From an uncultured delta proteobacterium (GTDB lineage: Bacteria; Desulfobacterota; Binatia; JACPRU01): a stretch of DNA of 64,000 bases. The DNA lies in the NCBI GenBank assembly GCA_963745025.1, contig CAVUWD010000016.1, positions 352,001 to 416,000 on the forward strand. The letters run 5' to 3'. Shown one piece after another: positions 40,665 to 49,277 of this stretch. The notes below the pieces were generated by a model that ran no database searches, was not told where the DNA came from, and was given only the letters and a program-made list of their open reading frames with translations. The translations under genes were made by a program, and so were the position numbers. Every line of letters starts with the position of its first letter. Position 1 is the first letter of the stretch.

Positions 40665-40680
40665 TGCCACAAACATGCCA
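40665..40680 (-). promoter_or_regulatory. sigma54 promoter (apc-like operon)
   Basis: Minus strand TGGCATGTTTGTGGCA. Confidence 0.6.
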
Positions 40681-40834
40681 TCTCCATCCTTTGTTTTCTT
40701 GGTAATCGACATTGGTCTTCCAAATTGATTCTTGGAGCCGTGATGATTGATTGCTCCCTTTGGCGTCAGAAAGAAAAAACTGGCTCCAAACGAGGCGGAA
40801 TTATCCCAATAAGACTGTCGATCTGGAATTCGAT

Positions 40835-40850
40835 TGGCACGATAATGGCT
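40835..40850 (+). promoter_or_regulatory. sigma54 promoter (pad operon)
   Basis: TGGCACGATAATGGCT. Confidence 0.65.
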
Positions 40851-40866
40851 TTTAATAAGAGCGAGC

Positions 40867-43623
40867 ATGCATACGGATCAACAAAACATCATCGGCTATT
40901 GCTACAACTGTGTGAACGGCCCGGATCTGTTCACCGTGAAAGTAGTGGATGGCGTGGCGATCGACATCGAGCCCTGCCACGAGGCGGCCAAAGTACCGAT
41001 CAGCAGCAAGCCTTGCGTCAAAGTGTATGGGCTGATTCAGAAGACCTACAGTCCGCACCGCGTCCTCACACCGATGAAGCGGACGAATCCGCGGAAGGGC
41101 GCTTACGAAGATCCGGGATTCGTTCCGATCTCCTGGGACGAAGCGCTCGATACGATCGCCGAGAAGCTCGTTGACATCCGTGCGCGCGGCGTGCTCGACG
41201 ACCAGGGCCTGCCACGGGTCGCCGCCAGCTTCGGCCACGGTGGCACGCCGACCTATTACATGGGGACCTTTCCCGCGTTCCTCGGCGCGTGGGGAGCGGT
41301 GGACTTCAGCTTCGGCTCGGGGCAGGGGACCAAGTGCCGGCACAACGAGCATCTCTACGGCGAGTACTGGCACCGCGCTTTCACGGTTTGTCCAGACACG
41401 CCGCTCACCCGCTACGTGGTCTCATTTGGCGACAACGTGGAGGCGACGGCCGGCGTCTGCGGCGTACTCCGTCATGCGGACGCGCGGGTGCGCGGCGCCA
41501 AGCGCGTACAGGTGGAGCCGCACTTGTCGATCGCCGGTGCGTGTTCCGCCGAGTGGGTGCCGATCAAGCCGAAGACCGATGCCGCGTTCCTGTTCGCGAT
41601 GCTGCACGTGCTTGTGAACGAGCAGCCGCGCGAGCGCCTAGACGTGCCCTTTCTGCGCGACCGGACGGCGTCGCCGTACCTGATCGGCCCGGGCGGCTTC
41701 TACCTCCGCGATCGCGAGAGTGGGAAGCCGCTCATCTGGGACGTGCAGAGCGCGAGTGCCGTGCCGTTCGACGCGCCCGATATCCAGCCCGCGCTCGAAG
41801 GCCGCTTCCGCGTCGGGGAGGCTATGGAGACCGGGCCGGACGGCGATCGGTTCTCGCACATCGACGTCGAGGCCGAGACGGCGTTCTCGCGGCTGGTCGA
41901 GCACATCGGGCGGTACACGCCGGAGTGGGCGGAAAAGGTCTGCGACGTGCCGGCCGCGACGATCCGTCGCGTCGCAGAAGAATATCTCGATCACGCCTGC
42001 GTGGGCGAGACGATCGAGATCGACGGCACGACGCTTCCCTTACGGCCGGTTGCGGTCACCCTGGGCAAGACCGTCAACAACGGCTGGGGGAGCTATGAAT
42101 GCTGCTGGGCGCGGACGATGCTCGCCGCGTTGGTGGGCGCGCTGGAGACCCCGGGAGGCACGCTCGGCACCTGCACGCGGCTCAACCGGCCGCACAGCAA
42201 CCGCGTGAAGAGCGTCCATCCAGGGCCGGACGGGTTCATGCTGAACACGCTGAACCCGACCGACGCCGAGCATTGGCTCTCTCATCCGAGCGGCCGCAAC
42301 GCCCACGACTCGCTGGTGCCCCTGCTGCTGAACGCCCCCGGATGGAGCCAGGCGCTCGGCCCCACGCAGCTCGCCTGGCTCTTCCAGCGCGAGACACCCG
42401 CAGGCTGGCCGAAGCCGACGTTGCCGGAGCTCTGGTTCGTGTTCCGCACCAACCCGCCGATCTCCTTCTTCGACAGCCGCAATCTCAGCGACACGATGAG
42501 CCGGATGCCCTTCGTGGTGTGCTTCGCCTACACGCGCGACGAGACCAACCAGGTGGCCGACCTGCTGCTCCCGGAGGCGACCGACCTCGAATCGCTCCAG
42601 CTCATCCGCCTCGGCGGGACGAAGTTCCAGGAGTACTTCTGGGAGCACGACGGCTACGCACTGCGCCGGCCAGCGGTTACCCCACGGGGCGAGGCGAGGG
42701 ACTTCACGTGGATCTCGACCGAGCTCGCGCGCCGCACGGGCCTCCGCGAACGCTACGTCGCCGCCGTCAACCGCGGCGCGGGCGTCGGCGTGCCGCTCTC
42801 GGGGGAAGGCTACGACTTCTCGCTGGATGCGGGCCGGGATCCCGGGGTCGAGGAGGTCTGGAACGCTGCCTGCAAGTCCGCGACCGCCTCGCTCTCGGGT
42901 GGTCGGGAAGTCAGGGACCTCGCCTGGTTCGCGGACCACGGCTTCTACACGGTGCCTTTCCCGCGGCTCGACTGGTACCTCTACCCGACGATGGTCGAAA
43001 AGCGCCTGCGCTTCGAGCTTCCCTACCAGGAGCGATTGATGCGCGCAGGCCTCGAGCTCGGCCGGCGGCTCCACGACCGCGGCATGCGTTGGTGGGACGA
43101 GCAGCTCACCGAGTACAAGGCGCTCCCCGAGTGGCACGACGTGCCCGGGCGCTGGGAGCAGGCGCTGCGCCATGCCGGGGCGGACCCGCACGACTATCCG
43201 CTGTGGATGCTCACCACCAAGAGCATGCAGTATCACTGTGGCGGCAACGTTTCGATCCAGCTGATGCACGAGGTCGCGCAGAACGTGCGGGGTCACGGCG
43301 GCCTCGTCGTCAATGCGAGGACCGCCGCGGAGCAAGGGATCGCCGCCGGCGACGTCGTCGAGGTGAGCTCGCCCTTCGGCTCGACACGCGGGCGCGCGAT
43401 CCTCGCGCAGGGCATCCGTCCCGACACGCTCGTCGCCGTGGGTCAGTTCGACCACTGGGTGACTCCTTACGCGAAGGACATGAACGCTCCGAGCATGAAC
43501 CCGTTGACGCCGATGTCGCTCGAGCTCACCGACAGCGCGGGCTCGGGAGCGGACATCATGCGGGTGAGGATTCGTCGGATCGCGGAAGGGCGGGGGCGCG
43601 CCGCTCGGGAGGCTCGGCGGTGA
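40867..43623 (+). CDS. padB: Phenylacetyl-CoA:acceptor oxidoreductase large (Mo) subunit-like
   Basis: YCYNCVNGPD, MKRTNPRKG, GSGQGTKCRHNEHLYGE and GKTVNNGWGSYECCW. Confidence 0.8.
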   Translation: MHTDQQNIIGYCYNCVNGPDLFTVKVVDGVAIDIEPCHEAAKVPISSKPCVKVYGLIQKTYSPHRVLTPMKRTNPRKGAYEDPGFVPISWDEALDTIAEKLVDIRARGVLDDQGLPRVAASFGHGGTPTYYMGTFPAFLGAWGAVDFSFGSGQGTKCRHNEHLYGEYWHRAFTVCPDTPLTRYVVSFGDNVEATAGVCGVLRHADARVRGAKRVQVEPHLSIAGACSAEWVPIKPKTDAAFLFAMLHVLVNEQPRERLDVPFLRDRTASPYLIGPGGFYLRDRESGKPLIWDVQSASAVPFDAPDIQPALEGRFRVGEAMETGPDGDRFSHIDVEAETAFSRLVEHIGRYTPEWAEKVCDVPAATIRRVAEEYLDHACVGETIEIDGTTLPLRPVAVTLGKTVNNGWGSYECCWARTMLAALVGALETPGGTLGTCTRLNRPHSNRVKSVHPGPDGFMLNTLNPTDAEHWLSHPSGRNAHDSLVPLLLNAPGWSQALGPTQLAWLFQRETPAGWPKPTLPELWFVFRTNPPISFFDSRNLSDTMSRMPFVVCFAYTRDETNQVADLLLPEATDLESLQLIRLGGTKFQEYFWEHDGYALRRPAVTPRGEARDFTWISTELARRTGLRERYVAAVNRGAGVGVPLSGEGYDFSLDAGRDPGVEEVWNAACKSATASLSGGREVRDLAWFADHGFYTVPFPRLDWYLYPTMVEKRLRFELPYQERLMRAGLELGRRLHDRGMRWWDEQLTEYKALPEWHDVPGRWEQALRHAGADPHDYPLWMLTTKSMQYHCGGNVSIQLMHEVAQNVRGHGGLVVNARTAAEQGIAAGDVVEVSSPFGSTRGRAILAQGIRPDTLVAVGQFDHWVTPYAKDMNAPSMNPLTPMSLELTDSAGSGADIMRVRIRRIAEGRGRAAREARR

Positions 43624-44270
43624 GCCGTTACGTGATGGTCGCCGATCTCCGCCGCTGCGTCGGCTGCCAGACCTGCACCGCGGCGTGCAAGGTGACCAAT
43701 GCCACGCCCGCGTGGGTCGAGTGGCGCTGGGTGCTCGACATCGAATCGGGTGAGTATCCCGACGTCTGGCGCGCGTTCGTCCCGGTTGGGTGCCAGCACT
43801 GCGCCAATCCACCCTGCATGGAGGTTTGCCCTTCGGGAGCGACCTGGCAGCGCGAGGACGGCATCGTCGCCATCGACTACGACCTCTGCATGGGCTGCTC
43901 CTACTGCGCGCTCGCATGCCCGTATCAGGCTCGTTACAAGGTCGAGAAGCCGCAATACGCCTACGGAGACTGCGCGATGGAGAGCGAAGTCGCTCGCGCG
44001 GACCCGAGGAGGATCGGCGTGGTCAGCAAGTGCGACTTCTGCGCCCAGCGCATCGACGACGGCCGGGCGCGGGGGCTCGTTCCCGGTGTCGATCCCGACG
44101 CGACTCCGGCCTGCGCGAACTCCTGCATCTCCCGCGCGCTCGCCTTTGGCGACCTGGAGGATCCTGAGAGCTCGGTCTCCCGGCTGCTCGCCGAGAACGA
44201 GTCCTTCCGCATGCACGACGAGCTCGGCACCGAGCCCGGCTTCTACTACCTCTGGGAGAAGAAGCGATGA
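43620..44270 (+). CDS. padC: 4Fe-4S dicluster subunit (PadC/DmsB-like)
   Basis: CVGCQTCTAAC, CQHCANPPC, CMGCSYCALAC and KCDFC; GTG 43620. Confidence 0.8.
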   Translation: MSRYVMVADLRRCVGCQTCTAACKVTNATPAWVEWRWVLDIESGEYPDVWRAFVPVGCQHCANPPCMEVCPSGATWQREDGIVAIDYDLCMGCSYCALACPYQARYKVEKPQYAYGDCAMESEVARADPRRIGVVSKCDFCAQRIDDGRARGLVPGVDPDATPACANSCISRALAFGDLEDPESSVSRLLAENESFRMHDELGTEPGFYYLWEKKR

Positions 44271-45136
44271 GAGGCGTCGAGCCCGCGCGGCAGCGGCACT
44301 GGAACTGGCGGGCCGCAGCCAACTTCATCGGCGGCGGCTCGGCCGCTGGGCTGTTCTTCTTTGCAGCCGTCGCTTCCGACGAGCAAGGCTCGTGGTTGTT
44401 GCGCGCCGCACCGCTCGCGCCGATGCTGGTGCTCGTCGGCCTCCTTTGCGTTGCCAGCGAGCTCGGGCGGCCGCTGCGCGCGGGCAACGTCTTCCGTCGC
44501 TGGCGGACCTCCTGGATGAGCCGGGAGGCGATTGCCATTGCCACGTTCCTTCCGGCTGCGGTGGCGACCGTCGTGCTGCGCTCGCCAACCGTCGCTTGGC
44601 TGGCCGCACTGCTCGGCCTCGCGCTCCTCTACTGCCAGGCGCGCATGCTGAAGGCGGCAAGAGGCATCCCTGCGTGGCGCGAGCCGGCAATCGTGCCGCT
44701 CGTCTTCGCGACGGGGCTCGTGGAGGGCGGGGGGATGTTCGTGATTCTCTCCGCTGCGTTCGGCGCGGTGCCGGGCGCCGCTCTGCTCGGTCTCTTCGCG
44801 CTGGTCGCCGCGCGCCTGCTCGTGTGGGGGTCCTACCAAGCGCGCGTTGCGATCCCGGGAGCGGCGCCGCGGGGTACGGTGGCGATCCTCGCGGACATCC
44901 GACTCCCGCTCGAGATCGCGGGTCACCTGCTACCGCTCGGCCTATTGGTGATCGCATTGGTCGCGAACAGTCCCATCGCAGCGAGCGGAGGGGCGTTCCT
45001 CGCGCTCGCCGCGGGTTGGTATCTCAAGCTGACTCTCGTCACCCGCGCGGCCTACGACCAGGGATTCGCCATCGCTCGCGCTCCAGCGCGTAGTCCGGGC
45101 TACAGCCGCGCCGGCGCCAAGCCGGGCTGGACCTGA
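44267..45136 (+). CDS. padD: Membrane anchor (PadD/DmsC-like)
   Basis: WNWRAAANFIGGG, ELGRPLR, SWMSRE and GIPAWR. Confidence 0.78.
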   Translation: MRGVEPARQRHWNWRAAANFIGGGSAAGLFFFAAVASDEQGSWLLRAAPLAPMLVLVGLLCVASELGRPLRAGNVFRRWRTSWMSREAIAIATFLPAAVATVVLRSPTVAWLAALLGLALLYCQARMLKAARGIPAWREPAIVPLVFATGLVEGGGMFVILSAAFGAVPGAALLGLFALVAARLLVWGSYQARVAIPGAAPRGTVAILADIRLPLEIAGHLLPLGLLVIALVANSPIAASGGAFLALAAGWYLKLTLVTRAAYDQGFAIARAPARSPGYSRAGAKPGWT

Positions 45137-45287
45137 GATCGCAATGGACGGAGCTCCCCGTGTCGCGCGATGTGAGCGAGCCTGAACATCCTGCTTCGCG
45201 AAGCTGAGAACGCCGGCGACCTGACCCGGAATCCAGACGAAGTCCCTCTACGGTCCGAATGACGTTGCGGGCCGCCGGGTTCTCGCG

Positions 45288-45353
45288 GTGCATCGACATG
45301 CCTCCCTCGAGGAAGCCGGTCGTGCCCGAGGTGGAGATGATGTTGGCGACGTC
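45288..45353 (-). pseudogene. Decayed acyl-CoA ligase fragment (AMP-binding motif)
   Basis: DVANIISTSGTTGFLEGGMSMH is a degraded TSGTTGxPKG motif isolated in intergenic DNA. Confidence 0.5.
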
Positions 45354-45429
45354 GAGCGCCGTGTGCTCGCCGCGCCGCTCGCCAGGTCCTCGAGGTTGCG
45401 TCTCCACTGGCCTCTCGATGGCGGCGAGG

Positions 45430-45472
45430 CGGACATCCTTAAGTGCTTATGACCCGGACATCCTGAGTGCTT
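45430..45472. repeat. Imperfect tandem direct repeat
   Basis: CGGACATCCTTAAGTGCTT (45430) and CGGACATCCTGAGTGCTT (45455). Confidence 0.6.
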
Positions 45473-45560
45473 GTTACAGCCAGCGTGATTGCCGTTGCGC
45501 GCCGACCTACCGCGCACTATGAGCTGAGGTCGGAAGGCATGCGTCGGAAAGGAGATCTTG

Positions 45561-45914
45561 ATGAGCGTGAAACCGCAAAGAGGAGAGCCGCCCGCGGCGT
45601 ATCGTGACTTCGTTCGCCGCTTTCCGAAGCTCGGCGAATCGTGGGAAGCCGCACGGCAGGCGGAGCAAGATGGGCCGCTCGACGAGAAGACCTCGCGCCT
45701 GGTGAAGCTCGGAGTGGCGATCGGCGCGTTTCGCGAAGGCGCCGCGCACTCGGCCGTGAGAAAAGCTCTGGCGGCGGGCGCCTCGGCGGCCGAAGTGCGG
45801 CACGTGATCGCCCTGGCGGCGAGCATCATCGGCTTGCCGTCGAGCGTCGCCGCCTATGGCTGGCTCCGCGAAGAGCTCGACGGTGGTCGCGGCGCGAGGC
45901 GGCGTCGGCGCTAG
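45561..45914 (+). CDS. Carboxymuconolactone decarboxylase/AhpD family protein
   Basis: GPLDEKTSRLVKLGVAIG, HSAVRKA and IGLP. Confidence 0.85.
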   Translation: MSVKPQRGEPPAAYRDFVRRFPKLGESWEAARQAEQDGPLDEKTSRLVKLGVAIGAFREGAAHSAVRKALAAGASAAEVRHVIALAASIIGLPSSVAAYGWLREELDGGRGARRRRR

Positions 45915-45920
45915 GGCGAC

Positions 45921-46883
45921 TCAGCCGCCGCGGTTTGCCACCGCGCGGGGAAGCTCTGCAGCGGCCCGCAGAGACAGGATCTCGGCGCGATAGAGATCCG
46001 CGCACTGGCGGCAGAGACCGGCTGTTGGATTCCAGCTCGGAAAGTCTGCGATGATCCGCTTCACGACCGTGTGTGGAAGCGATCGCGGTTCGGGCTCGGG
46101 CGAATAGGTCGGAAAGCGACAAAGCGGACAGCGGCCCCCCGGGACGAGCGAAACCGCTTCGTGTTCGCCTCGCGGCATCGCCGCGAACGCTGCCCACTCG
46201 GCGTGCGTGCGGATCTCGCCGTCGAGCAGGCCCTGGAACCTCTCGTTGACCGCCGGTCCGAGCATGGGAAACGCGGCCGCGAACGCTCTCCGGGCGTCGG
46301 CGACCGCATCTTCCGTGGCGACGCCGCGGCGCACCAGCCTTCCCGCGACGCTCGCATCCCAAATCACCCGGTAGCGCTCGCGGGCGAGATGCTCGTGCGC
46401 GGGATCCCCTCCGCCCGGCAGTGTCGGCTGATAACCGAAGGCGGGATCGACCATGTCGGCAACCTTGAGGAGCTCGGCGCGGAGCCATCCGAGGAGTCGA
46501 GGAACGTCCTCGAGCGTCGTCGTGCGGACGCGCACGAGGACGCTCCGGCCGCTGCGGGCTGCCTCCTCGGGGGCGACGAGGAGATCGACGATCTCGTCCT
46601 GGCGCGAGAGGGCGCGGCTCACCAGGCACCGCGCGCAAGCCTCGCCGAGCACCGGGAGCTCGCCGAGGGCGCGGCGAAACGGCTGGTCGAGACCGAGACG
46701 GAAGAACCACTCGCGATGGAGGCGGGTGAAAGCCGGCTCGCGATCCTCAGGCGGGAAACGATAGAGAGGATCGCGAGCGCGGCGGAGGGCTTGCTCCTCG
46801 GCGTGCCCGGCAATCGCGCGCAGTACCGCCTCCTCCGCCAGGTCCGCCGAGAACGAGATCGAGAAGTCGCTATCCCGCGTCAT
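45921..46883 (-). CDS. Hypothetical protein of the nxr cluster with Cys pairs
   Basis: ATGA-coupled to the chaperone; CPLCRFPT, GLCRQC and DMVDPAFGY. Confidence 0.7.
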   Translation of the reverse strand: MTRDSDFSISFSADLAEEAVLRAIAGHAEEQALRRARDPLYRFPPEDREPAFTRLHREWFFRLGLDQPFRRALGELPVLGEACARCLVSRALSRQDEIVDLLVAPEEAARSGRSVLVRVRTTTLEDVPRLLGWLRAELLKVADMVDPAFGYQPTLPGGGDPAHEHLARERYRVIWDASVAGRLVRRGVATEDAVADARRAFAAAFPMLGPAVNERFQGLLDGEIRTHAEWAAFAAMPRGEHEAVSLVPGGRCPLCRFPTYSPEPEPRSLPHTVVKRIIADFPSWNPTAGLCRQCADLYRAEILSLRAAAELPRAVANRGG

Positions 46884-47665
46884 GGGCCTTCCGGGAGCGA
46901 CCCGCATGACGTCTCGCATCCCATCGGCGCGCTGCATGCCGTCGGATCAGGCCGCAGGCCAAGCGTCTCGGGGCCAAGCTCGATCCCGAGGCGCCTGCAG
47001 TCGGTCTCGACGAGCACGAGGAGGAACTGGCCGAGCGCCGCATAGAATCCTTCGCCATCCACGCGAGCCAAGCGGCGCGCAAACACCGGTGCGAAGCGGC
47101 CGAGGTGATCGCGCAGGAAGAGAGCCGTGGCACCTACGGTCGCCCCACGCATCCCGTCGTCGTCGACCTCGAGTGCGTAGGCTTCCTTCCATGCGAGAAA
47201 CGAGGCGAACTCGCACTCGCAGCTCACGTGGTCGATGCGCTCGTGCGCGTCCGTGCGGAGCGCGAGGCCGAAAGCCCCGGCGAACCCCGAGAGGTCACCG
47301 AGCTCCTGCGGCTGCTGGAAGAGCGCCTCCGCCCCGTACTCGGTCTCGTAGGCGGGAACCTCGCCGCGTGCGGTGTGGCCGAAGAGGCGCAGATAGGCCG
47401 CGGCGAGCTCGTCCAGCGTGGCATTGGCTCGAGCGATTGCGCGGACGCGGCGAGCGAGATCCGCGCCGGCCGCGGAGCTCACGGCTTGGAGCCGGAGAGC
47501 CGCCTCGGTGAGAGCGCCGACGGCCTCGTGATCGGTGAGGCGCTCAATCGTCTCGGCGGTTGGCGGGCGAAAGCCGAGGGAGAGCGCCGCGTAGAGGACT
47601 CCGCGGCTGAGAGCCAGCTCTTGGTCGCGGTCCTTTGCCCTTGCCTGCTCAGATCGAGTTTGCAT
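46880..47665 (-). CDS. TorD/DmsD-family molybdoenzyme chaperone
   Basis: YLRLFG, PAYETEY, ERIDHVSCECEF and FLRDHLGRF. Confidence 0.9.
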   Translation of the reverse strand: MQTRSEQARAKDRDQELALSRGVLYAALSLGFRPPTAETIERLTDHEAVGALTEAALRLQAVSSAAGADLARRVRAIARANATLDELAAAYLRLFGHTARGEVPAYETEYGAEALFQQPQELGDLSGFAGAFGLALRTDAHERIDHVSCECEFASFLAWKEAYALEVDDDGMRGATVGATALFLRDHLGRFAPVFARRLARVDGEGFYAALGQFLLVLVETDCRRLGIELGPETLGLRPDPTACSAPMGCETSCGSLPEGP

Positions 47666-48928
47666 GCTCTCTCCCGCGAACGTGGAACGGCTCCTCGACC
47701 GTGGTGCGGAAGAGCTCCTTCCCGTCTTTTCCGTAGGCGATGACGGTGTCGTTGTAGAGCGTGATCGGCTTGCCGCGGAGCTGGCCCTCGTAGATCTTCG
47801 GCCCCTCCTTGATCTCGTAGCGGAAGATGATCCGGTTCGAGCGCCGGAAGAGCTGCAGCACCGCGAGCAGCTCGCGGTCGGGGTTCGCGTAGCGCTCGAT
47901 CGCGCTGATCGACGCCGGGGCCGAACATCTGCCGGAGGTACGGCCGCGGCACCCAGCGCGGCGGGATGTAGTAGCCGTTCGGGCTGCGGTGCCGAACTGC
48001 GGGTAGAGCGGCAGCGCCACCTTGGCGACGTGGACGAGGTAGTAGAGCGGGTTGCTGCCGGTCCTCGGCCCAGGTGCCGTCATCGGCCATCTTGCACCAG
48101 CCCCTGCATGCGGATCTGGCCGATGCACGCCGCCATGCAGCGCGTCTCCATCGGCTCGCCCTCGCTCTCCGGGTCCTTGCCCTCGACGCGCGGGTAGCAG
48201 GCGATGCACTTCTCGCTGGTGCGCGTGTTGCCGCGGTACATCGACTTCTTGTACGGGCAGGCCTCGACGCACTTGCGGTAGCCGCGGCACTCGCTCTGGT
48301 CGATGAGCACGATGCCGTCCTCGGGGCGCTTGTAGATGGCCTTTCGCGGGCAGGCGGCGAGGCACGCCGGATAGTGCAGTGGTTGCAGATGCGCGCAAGG
48401 TAGAAGAACCAGGTCTTGTGCTCGGGGAGCTGCACGCCCGTGCCGATCCCAGCTCGCATCGGACTGCCGCGCTCGCCGACCGGGTTGTCCTCGTAGATGT
48501 TCGGCGAGTTCCACTCCTCGTCGGTCGGCAGGTAGCCGAGCACCCGAGCGCTGTCCGGGACGAGGGTCGTTCGCGGCCGCCTCGAAGATCGTCTGCCCTT
48601 CGAACGCGCCGTAGGGGCCTTCGCATCGTCCGTCGGCGCTGCCGCGTCCAGCGCTGTCCGTCCGGGGTTGGCCTCCTCGAGCATCTCGAGAATCTTCGCG
48701 TCCCAGCACTGCGGGTAGCCGCCGTAGGGCTTGGTCTCGACGTTGGCCCACCACATGTGCTCCTGGCCCTTGCTGAACGTCCAGGTGGACTTGCACGCCA
48801 TCGTGCAGCTCTGGCAGGCGATGCAGCGGTTGATGTTGAAGACGAAGGCGAACTGCCGGTCGGGGAACGCAGCCGTCGTACGGATAGTCCATCTCGCGGC
48901 CGAGCTGCCAGTTGTTCACGGTCGGCAT
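47649..48928 (-). CDS. nxrB: Nitrite oxidoreductase beta subunit, Nitrospira/anammox type (multiple frameshifts)
   Basis: Across frames: MPTVNNWQLGREMDYPY, CKSTWTFSKGQEHMWWANVETKPYGGYP, ICNHC, CRGYRKC, EKCIACYPRVEG and YYIPPRWVPR. Confidence 0.85.
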
Positions 48929-48930
48929 GA

Positions 48931-49277
48931 TTACCTCCTGCGCCGGAAGAGCGTCAGCGGCTCCGGCTCCGGCATCGTCGTCGACAGCGATCCGGTCACC
49001 ACGACACGCTGAACCGACCCCAGACGGCGAGGCTCTCGTCGACGATGCGCGCCGATCTCGTCGTCGCCGAGCAGCGCGCCAGGCCTGCGTGCGCGCCGGC
49101 GTAGTACGGGGTTCGCGGAACAGCCGCGAGAATCTGGGCTCGGTCGTGAGCCCAGCTGCGCGAACTCGTCGGCGAACGCGGCCGCCATCTCGTGCGTCGC
49201 GATTCGCGTCGCCAGGCAGCGTCACGCCAACCAGCTCCATGCGGATCCTCGGGATCGGGTTCGTCGTAGGGGGTCAC
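48931..49277 (-). CDS. Small hypothetical protein between nxrA and nxrB (frameshifted)
   Basis: Pieces MTPYDEPDPEDP / MELVGVTLPGDA / MAAAFADEFAQLG / IVDESLAVWGR join across frames. Confidence 0.6.
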
